The notes under the pieces are model-generated. The model made no database searches. It was given only the letters and a program-made list of their open reading frames with translations, and was not told the origin of the DNA. From Laetmonice hystrix (lineage: Eukaryota), in assembly GCA_965235115.1 (NCBI GenBank), contig OZ249436.1:39496001-39560000 (forward strand): a stretch of DNA of 64,000 nucleotides. The letters run 5' to 3'. The position numbers and the translations under genes are program-made. This document shows, piece by piece, positions 1-13,067 of this stretch. Each line of letters starts with the position of its first letter. Position 1 is the stretch's first letter.

Positions 1-3000
1 AGACAATCGTAGTTGTTTTAAAATCGATTTACAGGTAAATAGTTTTGTCAACATTCCTTCTTATGACATTTATCAATGCAGAGGCCATTGGTCTGGCAAA
101 AGTCGAACGATCTATACTGGTTTGATTGTCGTAAAATGCTTTATGTCTAACTTATTTTCAGGTTCGGGGGGTTGTATTTTTCTATTCACATGTGCTTGGT
201 ATTACATTATTTTGACAACATGACTAGGTAGGAGGCAGTATACAGAAGACTCCCGAGATAAACCTATAGATTCATTTTTTGCGCACCACCTAAGGACTTC
301 CCTGTAATTCAAATAACTGTCTGTCTGTCTGCAGAAAGTACACTTCAAATGTTCCTGAAAATGGGAAAACTGGAACAATATTACAGTAAACTTGACACTT
401 GAGGTGACCCTTTCAGAGTACAGTATGTAAACTGACCCGTTCTTCTCGCGAATTTTCATCATACATTCTGTTCTTGGTTTCTCTTAATTTACCTTTGCTT
501 TACGATCGAGTGGTACTATAAACCGTTTCTAGTGAACTAGGCGATTTACTGATTGTGATACAGACTGCCACAACCCACATATTCTCTAGACAGTCAGTAA
601 TAATCTTTTTCTTTACTCAACAACTTCTCTTTCAACAGACAGTTTCTTTTCCTTCACTATCGTTTTCTCCCGAAGTTGTCCTCTAGTTGTCGTTTTCAGA
701 TCTTTATTTGGCTGAGGTTCGGGACCTTACGGCATAAATAAAGCGCCACAGGGGCTTGAAGTTATTCTTCAGTAAGGGAGGCATGGTACATTTTAAACCT
801 TACAAGACACTGGCTAGCTTGACCTTATACGTTGAAGATTTGATCTTCTCTTGGAAGGTATGCCCCTTTGTAAGCCGTTGTAAAATTTAGGGGGAGGGGG
901 CTCGGTCCACCCCCTTTCTCGGACGCCCCTGAACGTAAGCCTACCCAAAGTCGGCCTTGCTGCATTCAAACTTGAAATAACCAAGTGCTAACAGTTGACC
1001 ATATTCTCAGGGGACAATGTCCAGTTGACCGGTGAGACGTGGCCACTCGATCATTACTGGTGATTGTAAATCAAATTCTATAACTTGTACCCAGTCTGGG
1101 GATCGTTCTATAGAGAAACATGACCACTAACAAAAAGTTTCACAACCTTCAGTGTATCGAAAACACCATGCACAACGAAATACCCATCTACGTTCTGGGT
1201 ACGGTAAAACGGACAGCTAGAGCGATATGCCATCGCCTAACTCATCCGTCCTAGCTTCCCTCAGACTTCTCATCACTTTGACTAGTGAACCACCAAAGCC
1301 ATGCATAGGTCTAACAGGGAATATGCAGTTATACCAAGATTTTAAAAATTATACAGATATCTTTTGATACGAAAACGTTCAATGAATGTGAAATCGGAGA
1401 CAATTGAAACTGCATCTTAAAGCCCATAATGTTTAGCACAGAATCCCTGGCAGCTGACTGCAGCAGATGCCAGGGGAGGGAGATGGCACGGCATTGGTCT
1501 AGTGAACCTATGAAGGCTAAATGATCTGAAAGATGAAGAGTACATCCATCAAAACCATCCCCCCACAATAAAGGTGAAATTGTGATTTAAAAACCCATTC
1601 AGCACAAATAATGTTACATATTGAACCTCTGATTCCTGTGAAAACCTTTCTTATTCAGTCCAACATAGAGGAGCTAGGATTCCGTTTTCCCTTAATCTTG
1701 GAGCAACTACCAGGCCAAATACTTCTGGTTATCATAAACGCTATGACCACGATTAAAACCATCGCTTGTTTCGGTTGGTTGGCTGATAAATATTGCGTCT
1801 CTTTAAACTGCATATCGCCTCTGCCAACACCTTCTGCGGTTCACTCCAAACATGGTCTGCGATGAACTTAGCATATCACAAAACGCCTGTATACGAAAGT
1901 TTATTACACTTATGTGCATGGCATACCGTGACAAAAATTACTTCATCACCTTTTATCACCTTGTGTTTTGGACGTTGCTAGTACATTTTTAAAATGCCCG
2001 ATAAATTAATTGCTTCATGTGTTAACCCAGTGCTTTGTTATCCCAGTCAGATCCTTATGACTTGGTACTCAAACTCTCCACTAACCTCTGCTGGTACTTG
2101 TGATAGTTTGCACTGTCCTTACCGTTATAGTCACACTGTGTCTTGCGTTCACTGAATCAAGCAGCAAAGTGTTTCATATTAAGAAGTACCAGCTAATATG
2201 AAAAATGTGGTCAAACTAAGGCATAACATACACCAGCACATCTTCTTGAGCCAGTGGTCGTTGAATTACCCGGTACTATGGCTGATCCTTTGACTCGATT
2301 GTAGATCAAAATCTAAGCCAGTTTGACATTTCACAGAGCTCAAAGAACACAGCTGGGCTCGTGCTTCTTCAGTGGCAGACGCTTCGACTCTTTCCTGCCT
2401 GACCAACATGCGCTTGTGCTCTTTGACCATCCTCATCTGACAGGAAATTAACGCAGTCATCTTTGTCGAACATTTCATGGCGTCTGTCCTCAGGATGCAG
2501 AACTGTAATACATCTCAATTCAGTGCAGCTCGCTCAGTGACTCTTCAGGTAGGTTTTGGACATCAATTATAGTTAGCATACAGACTTCAGCTTGTCACTG
2601 CTGACAATGAATCTGCATCACAGAAATATCCATGTACATGTACCCCGGTAATGGAAAGGTACTACTGGGGGTAATCGTAGTCATTCGGAACAGTGATCGG
2701 TGCTAAGAGGCTTTTCAAGGCCAGCATCTACTTCGACACGGCACCAAATCTGAACTGTTCTTTGGTTTAGTTACATCTCACCACGCTTGGTCAATCGAGT
2801 GGTCTAGGATCTTATTGGTCTCTAAATTAGAGACTAACAGAGGACGCATAATATCACATGTTTGGTCAACCCAATCAGAAGAGCCAACACAGTGGCTAAA
2901 TTTCCTTACAGCATCTAATGCTCCCTGTGATTGGCCCATAATGAGGTCAACCGTATCACGTGACTCTAACGACATGTCTCCTGATTGGCTTGTGTCCAGC

Positions 3001-3148
3001 AGCTCTGGCAGCAGCTTGGAGCTGAGCCTTCCTTGCTTGGACCTATCACAATATTCCTGGGGTAGACCACAGGCAAATGCTTGGCATGACATCTGTAAAT
3101 CATGGGACTGGACTTCCTGGAGGGGAATGAGAGCAGAATGTCAAACGT

Positions 3149-3252
3149 TTAGATGGATCCGGCTGGGATCCACAGAGTTTTCTTCTGCTCCTTCTCAATG
3201 GCACCCTTGATCTTCACACTCATGAAGGCCAGGTTCCCTCCTTGGATCATTT
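3149..3252 (-). CDS. DLG5: DLG5 last coding exon (MIQGGNL...EQKKTLWIPAGSI*)
   Basis: Typical DLG5 C-terminus; TAA at 3151-3149. Confidence 0.94.
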
Positions 3253-3454
3253 CTGAATGTAAACACATGTTACATATAAATTATGATTTCTGACTTTAAT
3301 TTGTAAACATAAATCATCATTAAGATATTCAGGTTGTTTAACATAATGAAAAGAAGAAATCACAACTGGGATCAAAAATATAAACTCTGCTTATATTATA
3401 CCACTGATATGTCATATCATAGTTACCAGCCACATAAATAAACAATGAACATAC

Positions 3455-3674
3455 CTGAAAAGAGAGTCTTGTATTTTTGTTCAGTTTCTTGAAAGGACTC
3501 GAAAAGTTCCTTGGCAGCTTTATTGGTAAGCTTTTCTGGAAGGAATCTGGTGTCCTTCACCTCACGGATTTGTTTGGCTGACTTGTGGCGGATGAAGACA
3601 ACAATTGGATAGATCTGTACTTTGTGCAGACGTTCAATGGCCGCAGGATTACAGCTCAGCATACAGTGACGGCT
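3455..3674 (-). CDS. DLG5: DLG5 GK domain exon (HCMLS..AIERLH..IYPIVVFIRHKSAKQIRE)
   Basis: ctccag / gtatgt; phase 0-1. Confidence 0.95.
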
Positions 3675-5587
3675 CTGGAGTGAGGTCAGAACAAAATAAC
3701 ATGAGATCGTCGAAGTACACTACAATATGCTCAAACACATGCCTGAGGTTTGGAAGTTTGAAAAGTTATTTTCACAAAATTTATCACTCCCAATGAAAAC
3801 GAACAGGTCTCTTTAACTAAACCTGAGACTCCCACTCGGCCTTACCCCCTCTCAAGCTCACATCCGTGATCACCCTGACTCAGCCCAAACTCTGTAAGAT
3901 GCCTAATGGTCCTAACCTTTACCCCTTTACACTCAGGAGGGGTCTCCCGAAATGCCTTTTAGGTAACGTGGTCCGGGAACAATCAACTCCGTTAACTGAG
4001 CCGGGCAGGGATTGTAACGTCGTCAACAATACCTGGGCAAATGTTTATTGATGTTGGCCGGTGTTCAACAATCACCTCAACACCAAACATTCGCAACTAA
4101 TTGTTCAATTAGTTCCAGGTAGATCTTTTGTCGTACCTCGTGCACGAACATTCATATTTTTATCGTTCAAGGTTGCATCCTTGGGCGGATAAGGTTGACT
4201 TTTGCCTCGTCTCACATACAATAAATGAATATAAATCATTGACCCTAACAGCATATATCTCAATGATTAAGTAAAGGGTACGGGTCTAAGTTCAGGTAAA
4301 TTGTTTTTCACTTATATAAGTTTTTACATGCATTCTTTCACATGTAACGTTACCGGTACATAAATGACTGCCAACATTGCCCCCTGCCCTTTATCGATGG
4401 GCCTGTGTCAATCTTTCTGCTAAGAAGTTCTCCCAAAAGTGTTATTTGGCCAAAATGGCGTCATAAGCAACATGCTTTTTGAGTGACCGTATAGTAATGC
4501 ACACGGGACTTCCAAAAATAATATATCTGTACTTGATGATATGGTGCTGCTGACTACAAGTTACAATATTTGGTAATGTACTGATTTGTCCCTTTGTTAA
4601 AACAAACAATGATGCATTACCCCATCCCACCTACCCCCAAAACAAGGAGGAAAACAGACACTCATGTATAGCTGCTCAGTAAACCTCTAGTATATAAACC
4701 AATAGGAAATCTTGATAGAGTGAGTAGGCCTATATCAAAAGTTACACTGATTACACTCAAGCTACATTTCTACAGTTTATTCGTCATCACTGATCGTTGT
4801 TACTCCCAGACACCAATGTACCCGTTCTGCCCGTGGTCGCCAAGGGCGCCCACAAGACGATCCACAGACGGTGTTCATGTACTGGCACCTGGCACCCGGC
4901 CCGCACCACGCCCGCCTGCCAAGGCACATCAACTCCTCGTCGTCATGGCAACGAGCCGGGTCCAGGAAATGCACCTTCCATGTCTCCCGCAGCAATGAGT
5001 GTTGCGAGTCTCTCAGCACAACCCATCAACATCCAGGAGTCATCAATGTACAGAATGAGGTCCGCCCCAGCCACCACATTCCCCAATAATCAAACCTTAG
5101 TGCTCTCATAATATATCTACGGGGCGGGGTTCTCCAGGCTCTGTGACCCACACCTATCCCGTGTTCATGGATTCTATCATTGGCAGGCCTCCATTAAATG
5201 TAGCCACGCACATGATTAATTCAGATGTTCAAAACTGTTTCTGACTGTGTCAAGAACAAACCAGGCAACAGTAGTAGAATGAGCTATACCCCAAGTGGGC
5301 ACGAAACGTTTCACCACTGGACAATATGACACCCAACCAACCCAACACAGTAGGACGATTTATCTCAATACCACTTGCTTTTGGCAACTCTCTTCTGTGG
5401 GATGTCTGTGGAACTACTCATCTTTGGAGAGCTAATCGGGACGTCATGTACCCTGACTATGTCATATATCCGAGGATACAAATACCTCTCGGTAGATGTG
5501 GTCAATTTGGATTTTAACATAAGAGACTCAATCTGAAACATCTGGTTATATACAACAGCAGATTCTCTCCTTGTATAACATACTGAC

Positions 5588-5715
5588 CTTTTCAATAATC
5601 TCTTTGACGGTGTCAACCCGGATACATTCATAGTGGCTGTCTCGTCGTTTGAAGTCCACGAACACCCCCTTGTCCTGGCCTGTTTCCAGTGTGGACATTG
5701 TTGCTTTGACGATCT
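5588..5715 (-). CDS. DLG5: DLG5 GK domain exon (FVDFKRRDSHYECIRVDTVKEIIEK)
   Basis: gtacag / gtcagt; phase 1-0. Confidence 0.94.
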
Positions 5716-5862
5716 CTGTACCAATGACGATTAAATAAATATTGACATAAACTCTCTGATAGTAAATCCTGAAATATATGAACTAGCAACTTTTATATTT
5801 TTTTTATTAGAATATCTCGTTATTTTAAGATATCTAATAGATAGACTATCACACAGACGCAC

Positions 5863-5964
5863 CTGGCTGACATCGGCAATACTTGTCTGGGGATTCCGAG
5901 GTGAGTTTGTCAACGAGTGGCTCGGACAGTGGTCCAAGAATGAGAACTGGCCGACACACAGTGC
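5863..5964 (-). CDS. DLG5: DLG5 GK domain exon (RPVLILGPL)
   Basis: GK start motif; phase 1-1. Confidence 0.95.
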
Positions 5965-6187
5965 CTGAAACAGACAGCATCGAGTCTCAACAATTCATGG
6001 AATACTGCTGCCCCATAGCCAACAAAACTATAATCAACTATAGATTCACTGCATTTTTATCTAAGTTGGAGGACAGCGTTACCCTGTACAAGCTCCCCCG
6101 GGGTTCTCTGAGCTGGTGTTTCACTGACCCAGCAGATTCAGACTGTCAGGGCTATATCTGGTGTGAAACCCATCAACTGGTACTTAC

Positions 6188-6229
6188 AGTCAAGCCGTTC
6201 AACACGCTGGAAAGGCATCAATGCTCCAT
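6188..6229 (-). CDS. DLG5: DLG5 exon (PFQRVERLD)
   Basis: ttccag / gtaagt; 42 nt, phase 1-1; YQRV-type motif preceding GK. Confidence 0.9.
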
Positions 6230-6548
6230 CTGGAAATATAATAATTCCATACTGATTAAAAAAAACCTATGGATTTATTGGCAATAATTCTGTTACAAAG
6301 CGGTGAAGCTATGGTAGCTAAAACAGGCAAAATAAGGACTTCAAAACTGGCTGAATCTTACAAAGAAATCAAAAGGTACATAGAAACCCAAACGCCCTTC
6401 ACTGCCTCCTAACAACTACCCTACCTCTGACTGTCCATGCCCTGCACTGACCACCATACTGGTACAAATGTAGTCTCCCCTTATCCTCTCCCCAACATGT
6501 CCAGTTAGCAGCGCCATGTTTCAAACTAAATCTCCCATCTACACGTAC

Positions 6549-6754
6549 CGTCAAGGAAATTAATCGAATCACTGTTAATGGAGGCGTCCGAGAACGAATT
6601 CAGTTCTCGACTGTCCTTGGAGTTGTTACGCTGATGTTTTTTCCGACGGAAGAAACTTCGACGTGCTGATGCAGAACCACGACGCGATCCTTTCAACTCG
6701 TCGTCGTGAAGCATGTCAGAGAGAGACCTTTTCTGGACCAGTTCTTCCTCCAAC
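6549..6754 (-). CDS. DLG5: DLG5 HOOK region exon (ARRSFFRRKKHQR)
   Basis: Conserved motif; phase 2-1. Confidence 0.94.
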
Positions 6755-6872
6755 CTAATAACAAAAAAAGGGCCAGATCATCAGTCTGTGTGAGTTGGAC
6801 AAAATTAACATTTAAACAAAACACTGTCATCATTCACCACTCTGAGTTTTGGTTGACTGAAGAACTGCCTAC

Positions 6873-7089
6873 CTTGATTTGCTTGGAATGGTTCCACAAC
6901 GAATCTTGTTGCCTTCATCGTCCACGAGCCAGGCTTGCCATACCCCACACATTCCTTTGTACAGGGTATTGTCAACGAAAAGGATGTCATCTTTTTTAAA
7001 GGGAAGTTCTCCGTCGCCATCCACGTCATGGTCACAGAGTGCTCGCACATAGATGGCATCGCCAGGCTGGTCCTGGATCACATTGTATT
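6873..7089 (-). CDS. DLG5: DLG5 SH3 domain exon
   Basis: PGDAIYVRALCD..LPFKKDDILFVDNT..WQAW..GTIPSK; phase 1-2. Confidence 0.96.
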
Positions 7090-7599
7090 CTGTGGAATAC
7101 AACAAACAATACTTTAACCTGACGATCGGAAGAGCTCTTAAGACCCTATACAAGTGGATTATGCTTTCCGATTTTCTTACGAGTAATTACGTGGGTTACG
7201 CAAGCCTTCGATTCCTTACGCAGCCTTACTAGCAGCCATATGTACTTCTGAAGCTTCCGAGAGAGAAAAAAATCATAGACGCACGGAAGCCATCACAATG
7301 CAAGTGGATCACGTCCTTAACTCGACGTTGTGCTGTACATAGGTAACACGTACCGGGCGTTTCCTCATACATTATACATTTCACATTACAGAGAGTAGAC
7401 CCTATAATTGGCACGGCATAAAAACGCCATTTTACTCCCTTTACTGGAATCTAAAGGTATTTTCCTTTACACCTGTATGTATGTCAACAGTTTTTTCTGT
7501 ATGAGCCTCGTATCCTATCATATACACATACGTTGCTCATGGTTCCTAGCCTAGATGTAAATTGCTATAAAATCATTTAATATCTGTAGGCCTACTTAC

Positions 7600-7702
7600 T
7601 GGCAATGTTGTACTGGGCAAGTATAGTGACACTGTCCGCTGGCTTGGAGATCTCAAGGGCTGCCTGCTCTGCCGTGGCGCTCCGCAGATTTATCCCGTTA
7701 AA
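7600..7702 (-). CDS. DLG5: DLG5 PDZ4 C-half (FNGINLRSATAEQAALEISKP)
   Basis: gtgcag / gtaagt; phase 0-1. Confidence 0.95.
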
Positions 7703-9266
7703 CTGCACAAAACAAAAACAATATTTCTTGAAATTGCAATGTCTTAACCTTTTCAACGAAAGTCGGTCAGAACAGCTGGTCTTTATACACTAGGTTTATA
7801 CGGTAAAACATTACTCTAATGGTTACTTTGGTTGATCACTAAATTTTAGTATCTTAATTTACACATGAATCAAACTTAATATTCTCAAGAAATATTCCGA
7901 CTCTGGTTGATAAAGAGCTGGCTAAAGTAAATGCATCTTTTTACACCGTATTTTTGCATCTCCAAACAGTTCAAAACTTCCTACCCAGACATTTACACAA
8001 CTAGCTCAAGTGGTACCTAAAGTCAGTGCTGTTACCTGCACTTAACCTGGTGATCCTACATTGGTATAAAACTACCGTAAACTTTGTATCTAATTATACT
8101 ACTGGTACCTCTAGGTAAAGGTTGGCATCAATTTTATCACCTTTCATATCATGTACGAGTTTGTCAACCTTTCTGCACTCACAAGTTATTTGGAAATTTT
8201 CCTCCAGCAAAGGTCATAATCAAATTTAGGTAAAGTAGATAATTTCGCTAACGGTATGCAGAAGTAAAATCCAAGAATGGCCACAACCAATTCAAACATA
8301 GAACATTAGAGGAACCTTTATCAAAAGACGTCAGCTTATGAGACTGTACAGTACTGGTATGGCAACTCTTACAATTATAAACGGATGCTAGTGTTTTAGT
8401 ATGTGATCCAATATATTTGTGCTTGTGGATACGGAACGACATTCCATAAAGCTTGACTTTTTTCCAACTTTAAAAAAAAGTCTAAAAGGTAACAAATTAT
8501 GAAATGTGATGTAATCATTAATTCATAGTTAAGCACACTTTACAGCTTTGGCCTCGAATGACTGGATATGTCAGTGCAAATCTTAAATATTGAGTTTTAT
8601 GTAAGGTTATATTTTGACTCTGAAACAGGGCCTACCAATACTGAGGGCTTATAATATGTATAGCACTGGGCCGGTGAATGGTGAAGCTTACGTATCTTAC
8701 AACTGCAAGTCACAATCTAAGATTTACCAGTTGTTTCTTTTTCAGTCCCTGGCAGCTGCAAACAGTAGGTAATATGACTGATCTTTTTTTGTCCACCAGA
8801 GAGGCTAACATATAAGGCTAACGTGTTTTCCTTTATTACCTCAACACCATATCATCCTTTAAAATTTCTGTAAAATTATCACCATCAATTCTTTGTATTC
8901 GAAAAAAAATGAAATGGATACCTGTAAGTGGATCTTTCAAGTGTCCTCATTTCTACAGTAGCTTATGCAATAATTCTTCTTTGAGTGAAAGTTGCCAGAA
9001 TTATAAAAAACGTTGAATTTATCTTAAGTGTGCCCTCCCAAGTCTCCATCACATTTTCTATGTGTATTCTCAATTGCTATTCTGTCAGCTACCCCTTTCT
9101 GTATTTGTTTTTAATTTGTTAAAAGTACACACGTAAGTAAGCTTCAATGTTATAGAACCGTTTCATTAGAGGCATCTTCTCAATGATTATCAAAACTGGA
9201 GGCGTAATTTTTCGGGATCTCGATAAACTTAAAATTATTGGAAATTAACAACTTAACAAAACTGAC

Positions 9267-9459
9267 CTCTAGAATCTGGTCGCCACAACGTAAACCCTGC
9301 AGGCCACTGGCAATACTGTTAGGGGCGACATCCCGTACATAGATTCCGACAGCATTCCCTCCAACCAGTCCGACACCTAGCGGCTCGTGTGCCCCGTTCT
9401 TTTTCAAGAAAACGAACCTGGGTTCACACGGCATGTACGAGTTGTCTGTGGGCTTTGAG
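9267..9459 (-). CDS. DLG5: DLG5 PDZ4 N-half (LGVGLVGGNAVGIYV...GDQILE)
   Basis: PDZ motif; ttgcag / gtcagt; phase 2-0. Confidence 0.95.
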
Positions 9460-10657
9460 CTGCAAAGACAAGCAATGCTTGATTAGTTTCTAAATTCACT
9501 TGTCATGAACGCAGCTAACAGACTACAAGGCCTGTATCGCCTGCTGTGATCATAATAATTATGTTTACAAGTAGAACACAGAATACACGCAGAGACAACG
9601 GAGAGAACTACCTTCACTGTTCATTATGCACTTAAATTTTAGCCACAATGACCATGCACTTACAAAACGACACTTATGCAAGAATATGCAGCAGGGGAAT
9701 AATCTTTGAAGGTTTCTTCAAAGCTGAACCCCCCAAAAAACCATTATACCCCAGTAATGAAATTATCTTTGAGAGACCAAATAAACATAAGTAACAAATG
9801 TTATAACATGAAATAATGATACTGGTAAATGTACAACCAGGACAAAATGACACAATCTAAGCCTTGGGAAGTTAACGAATCATTACAATACAAACATCCC
9901 GGTCAGGTACGTAAGTATTCTGATGTACATGGGCACCACTAACTTCAAAGATAGCATATCAAAATAAAGCCATCGACTCTTGCCACAGCGAGAAGACCAA
10001 CTGACGAATTCTAACTGTATGACATATTACAGTAATAGGGCACTAGTAGGCTCTGCATCAGTTACTTTTTCCAACAAATTCGCTGAGCAGGAATTATATT
10101 TAGGAAAAAAAAGAACAAAATGTGAAAATTGAGAAAGCAAATAGAAGCTGGAACCGCCATTTCATTATTCGTGTGAAACTTTTCTTGAGGCTGAATTACC
10201 GCTAGAATAGAAGATTCTGTGCAGAGTGAAAGACTTAGAAGCAAACTAGAATTCGGAAGTTCATTTTGCCCACCCTCCTCAAACAAAACGAGGTCTAAAA
10301 TCTACACACTCTCTTATAATAACAATGAACACTGGTAATAACAGACTGATCTTGGCTAATTTTTTCTTGGCAGTTAGCCCTTTCATACATGTCCTAATTT
10401 TTACGAGTCTTATCATCAGGTACTGCGTACCTTTATACTATCGGACACGCATGGTCACTTCATGTTCAGTTTGGCTGCAGACTTAGTTCACGTGAGAAGC
10501 AAGTCAGTGGAAGAGCGAGCGATAGGGACAGCATGACTTTCATCACATAGTAATGCATATACGGACTTTAATATTAAAAAAAAACTTAAGGGAAAAAAAC
10601 CAAACCTAGCAACATGACGAACTGAGCAGTGACCACGAACAAGGTACATGTACTTAC

Positions 10658-10678
10658 AAATCCGTCAAACTGGAGTAA
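10658..10678 (-). CDS. Candidate 21-nt DLG5 microexon (YSSLTD)
   Basis: tgccattgcattaaacag / gtaagt; phase 2-2, frame-preserving, no stop. Not counted among the 23 exons. Confidence 0.5.
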
Positions 10679-11001
10679 CTGTTTAATGCAATGGCAAACA
10701 CACAGTTGTGAATTCCTTTCGAAACTTTAATCTTCACTTTCTTCAATAAGTTATGGTCGACATTTTTTTTTTGTGTGATAATATCTGTCCATGTCTTCAT
10801 GTAATATTAACATCAGACCGACGTAAACAGCCATCTACGAATCTTTCTTTTTATTTGAACTAGAACTACCACATTTACAGGACAGATATTGATGCTGGAT
10901 GCACTTTTGACTCGAGGAAAACCGTTCCAAGATTCAGTTGGAGACCAAGAGAACCCAGTACCTGTTTGACTTGTTTTGTAATGATAAGAGTTGCGTCTCA
11001 C

Positions 11002-11164
11002 CTGTGACTAGGACTCATAGATTGTGGTGACGTTGATGGTGTAATGGTAGAGACGTCACTACCGACGTGGTGACCAGTCTGGTGGTTACGGCCGGTCTGT
11101 GGAGTGTTGGTAGCCGAACTCTCCGGAGACGAGCCTTCGTCTGACGATTCATCATCCAGGTATT
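11002..11164 (-). CDS. DLG5: DLG5 PDZ3-PDZ4 linker exon
   Basis: ctgtag / gtgaga; phase 1-2; S/T-rich. Confidence 0.88.
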
Positions 11165-11310
11165 CTACAGCGACATTCAAATTACCAGCATGTTTCACGA
11201 CTAGTCTTAGTTTTCAAATATCTTTTTATGAAGCAAGCTTCTTCAACATAAAATGGAAAATATTTTTATCTTTTCCTTTGTAAAACATGTTGAATTTATG
11301 AAGCACTCAC

Positions 11311-11413
11311 TTTCTGGGTTATACTGGACTAGCATCGTGATGCTGTCCCCACATTGCCTTAAAACATTGGCCGCTAAGTGGTAGGTTGCCTTGCGCATAT
11401 TGATTCCACACAC
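11311..11413 (-). CDS. DLG5: DLG5 PDZ3 C-half (VCGINMRKAT...QYNPE)
   Basis: tttcag / gtgagt; phase 0-1. Confidence 0.95.
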
Positions 11414-11624
11414 CTGAAAAATACCAATAAAAATTAACTTTTCCGAAAACATTTCTAACATCTGACCAATTGGAAAAGTAAGCACATACAAGGCATTTTT
11501 TTACATTTTATTATCCTTCTTTTTAGTGCTCCTTTTAAAGCTACACCCAGTATACGTACTAATTTTCCGGGTTTGCTGTCTTAAATAACAAATGTCAAAC
11601 AAAACTGCACTGCTAGTCACTCAC

Positions 11625-11790
11625 TTCTAACAACTGGTCCCCAATTTCGATGCCAGCACGGGCTGCGAGGCTGTTTTCACTGACCGACGAGACGAAGATA
11701 CCACCCCCGCTTCCTGATTCAATCTGGATCCCGAGTGAAGGTTCCTGACTCTTCTCCACATAGATACTTCGTGTCTCACCTATCTGTGGT
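11625..11790 (-). CDS. DLG5: DLG5 PDZ3 N-half (EPSLGIQIESGSGGGIFVS...GDQLLE)
   Basis: PDZ motif; tcacag / gtgagt; phase 2-0. Confidence 0.95.
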
Positions 11791-11912
11791 CTGTGATTAA
11801 ATCAAATAATCTCAGCACGCTACTAACTCTTCATTACATTGATTACCTGTAACACCCTCAAAAATAAGTTTCAATATATGCATTCAAAGAGTGGTAATGT
11901 ACTACTTGTGAA

Positions 11913-12320
11913 TGTCTATAAGTACTACATGAAACTACCACATTTTGTACATATAAATATGTAACTTCCTAATATGTAACTTCCTAAACACTCTGGATAC
12001 TTTGGTTGTTGACATGGAGGATTGATGGCTCAACATTTTTCAATATACCTTTTGTCTATAAGTACTAAATGAAATTACCACATTCACATTAGTTGTACAT
12101 ATAAATATGTAACTTCCTAATACGTAACTTCCTAAACACTCTGGATTCTTTGGTTGTTGTACATTTTCCTTCATGGAGACATGGGAGGATCGATGGCTCA
12201 ACAATATACCTTTTGTCTATAAGTACTAAATGAACTACCACATTCATATTATAAATATGTAACTTCCTAATATGTAACTTCATAAACACATGAGGATTGA
12301 TGGCTCAACAATATACCTTT
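11913..12320. repeat. Local tandem triplication (~140-160 bp) of intron sequence including the DLG5 donor site
   Basis: gtctataagtacta..atatgtaacttcct..gatggctcaaca..atatacctttt recurs three times. Confidence 0.85.
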
Positions 12321-12407
12321 TGTGTTGTCGCATGTTTGCTGGGAGTGAATTACTTTGTTGAGATGGAGTATACATGAAGGGTGAAACTGGGCTGCCTCGG
12401 TCAGAAA
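12317..12407 (-). CDS. DLG5: DLG5 exon (SDRGSPVSPF...RQHK)
   Basis: ttgcag / AG-gtatat; phase 1-2, which is needed to link the flanking exons. Confidence 0.8.
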
Positions 12408-12946
12408 CTGCAACCAACATATTATATAACCTTTGTATTGAAGGACTTGATGGCATAGTCTGAAATGATTATGATTCATAAAAACTACAGGTTCAGCATT
12501 CTTCTGTTCAATTTTGAGGCTTTCTTCTTCGTGGGTTTTTGGTAGTTTTCTGTTTCTTTGATAAAGTACATTATCGTAGTAATCTTTTGCTCTACAATCT
12601 CCTGTTCTTAAGATGCTGTAAAAATATTTAAAGAGTGTGAAAAATATTAGCATATCTGTAAAAGGGCATATAATATCAGAGGCCTCTAAAAAGATATAAG
12701 CTATGTTGACAGCGAGCAACATTGTACCAGTAAATTTTAAATTAAACGAACTTACCAAGTGAAGTTTGATGTTAATTCTACCGTTGGTCCTTCGCGAGAC
12801 GTGGAGAGCATGTGAGATACGGTTCGGCGCGTTCGGGTCAATCGTTTAAAGGTACTGCAAGGAAACCCCCCAATAACACCCCCTACCACACGTATACCTT
12901 CCCGATACTTTCCTATTACGTAGCACACTGGGTGGGGAGTGGTGGG

Positions 12947-13067
12947 ACATGCTCTCCACGTCTCGCGAAGGACCAACGGTAGAATTAACATCAAACTTCA
13001 CTTGGTAAGTTCGTTTAATTTAAAATTCTACCTTGTGGCCCTCGCGAGACGCGAGAGCATGTGAGAT
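12947..13067. repeat. DIRS internal complementary region (ICR)
   Basis: 12947-13027 is the exact reverse complement of 12733-12813; 13024-13067 is the exact reverse complement of 18011-18054. Confidence 0.95.

Noticed and set aside
5030..5065. LYIDD as an RT catalytic motif on the minus strand
   Set aside because: No other RT motifs nearby; likely chance.
12431..12601. Extra DLG5 exon (GDCRAKDYYDNVLY...QYK) within the 163-aa ORF
   Set aside because: It would leave a ~23-nt intron before the 12407 exon, and its phase does not fit the following exon.
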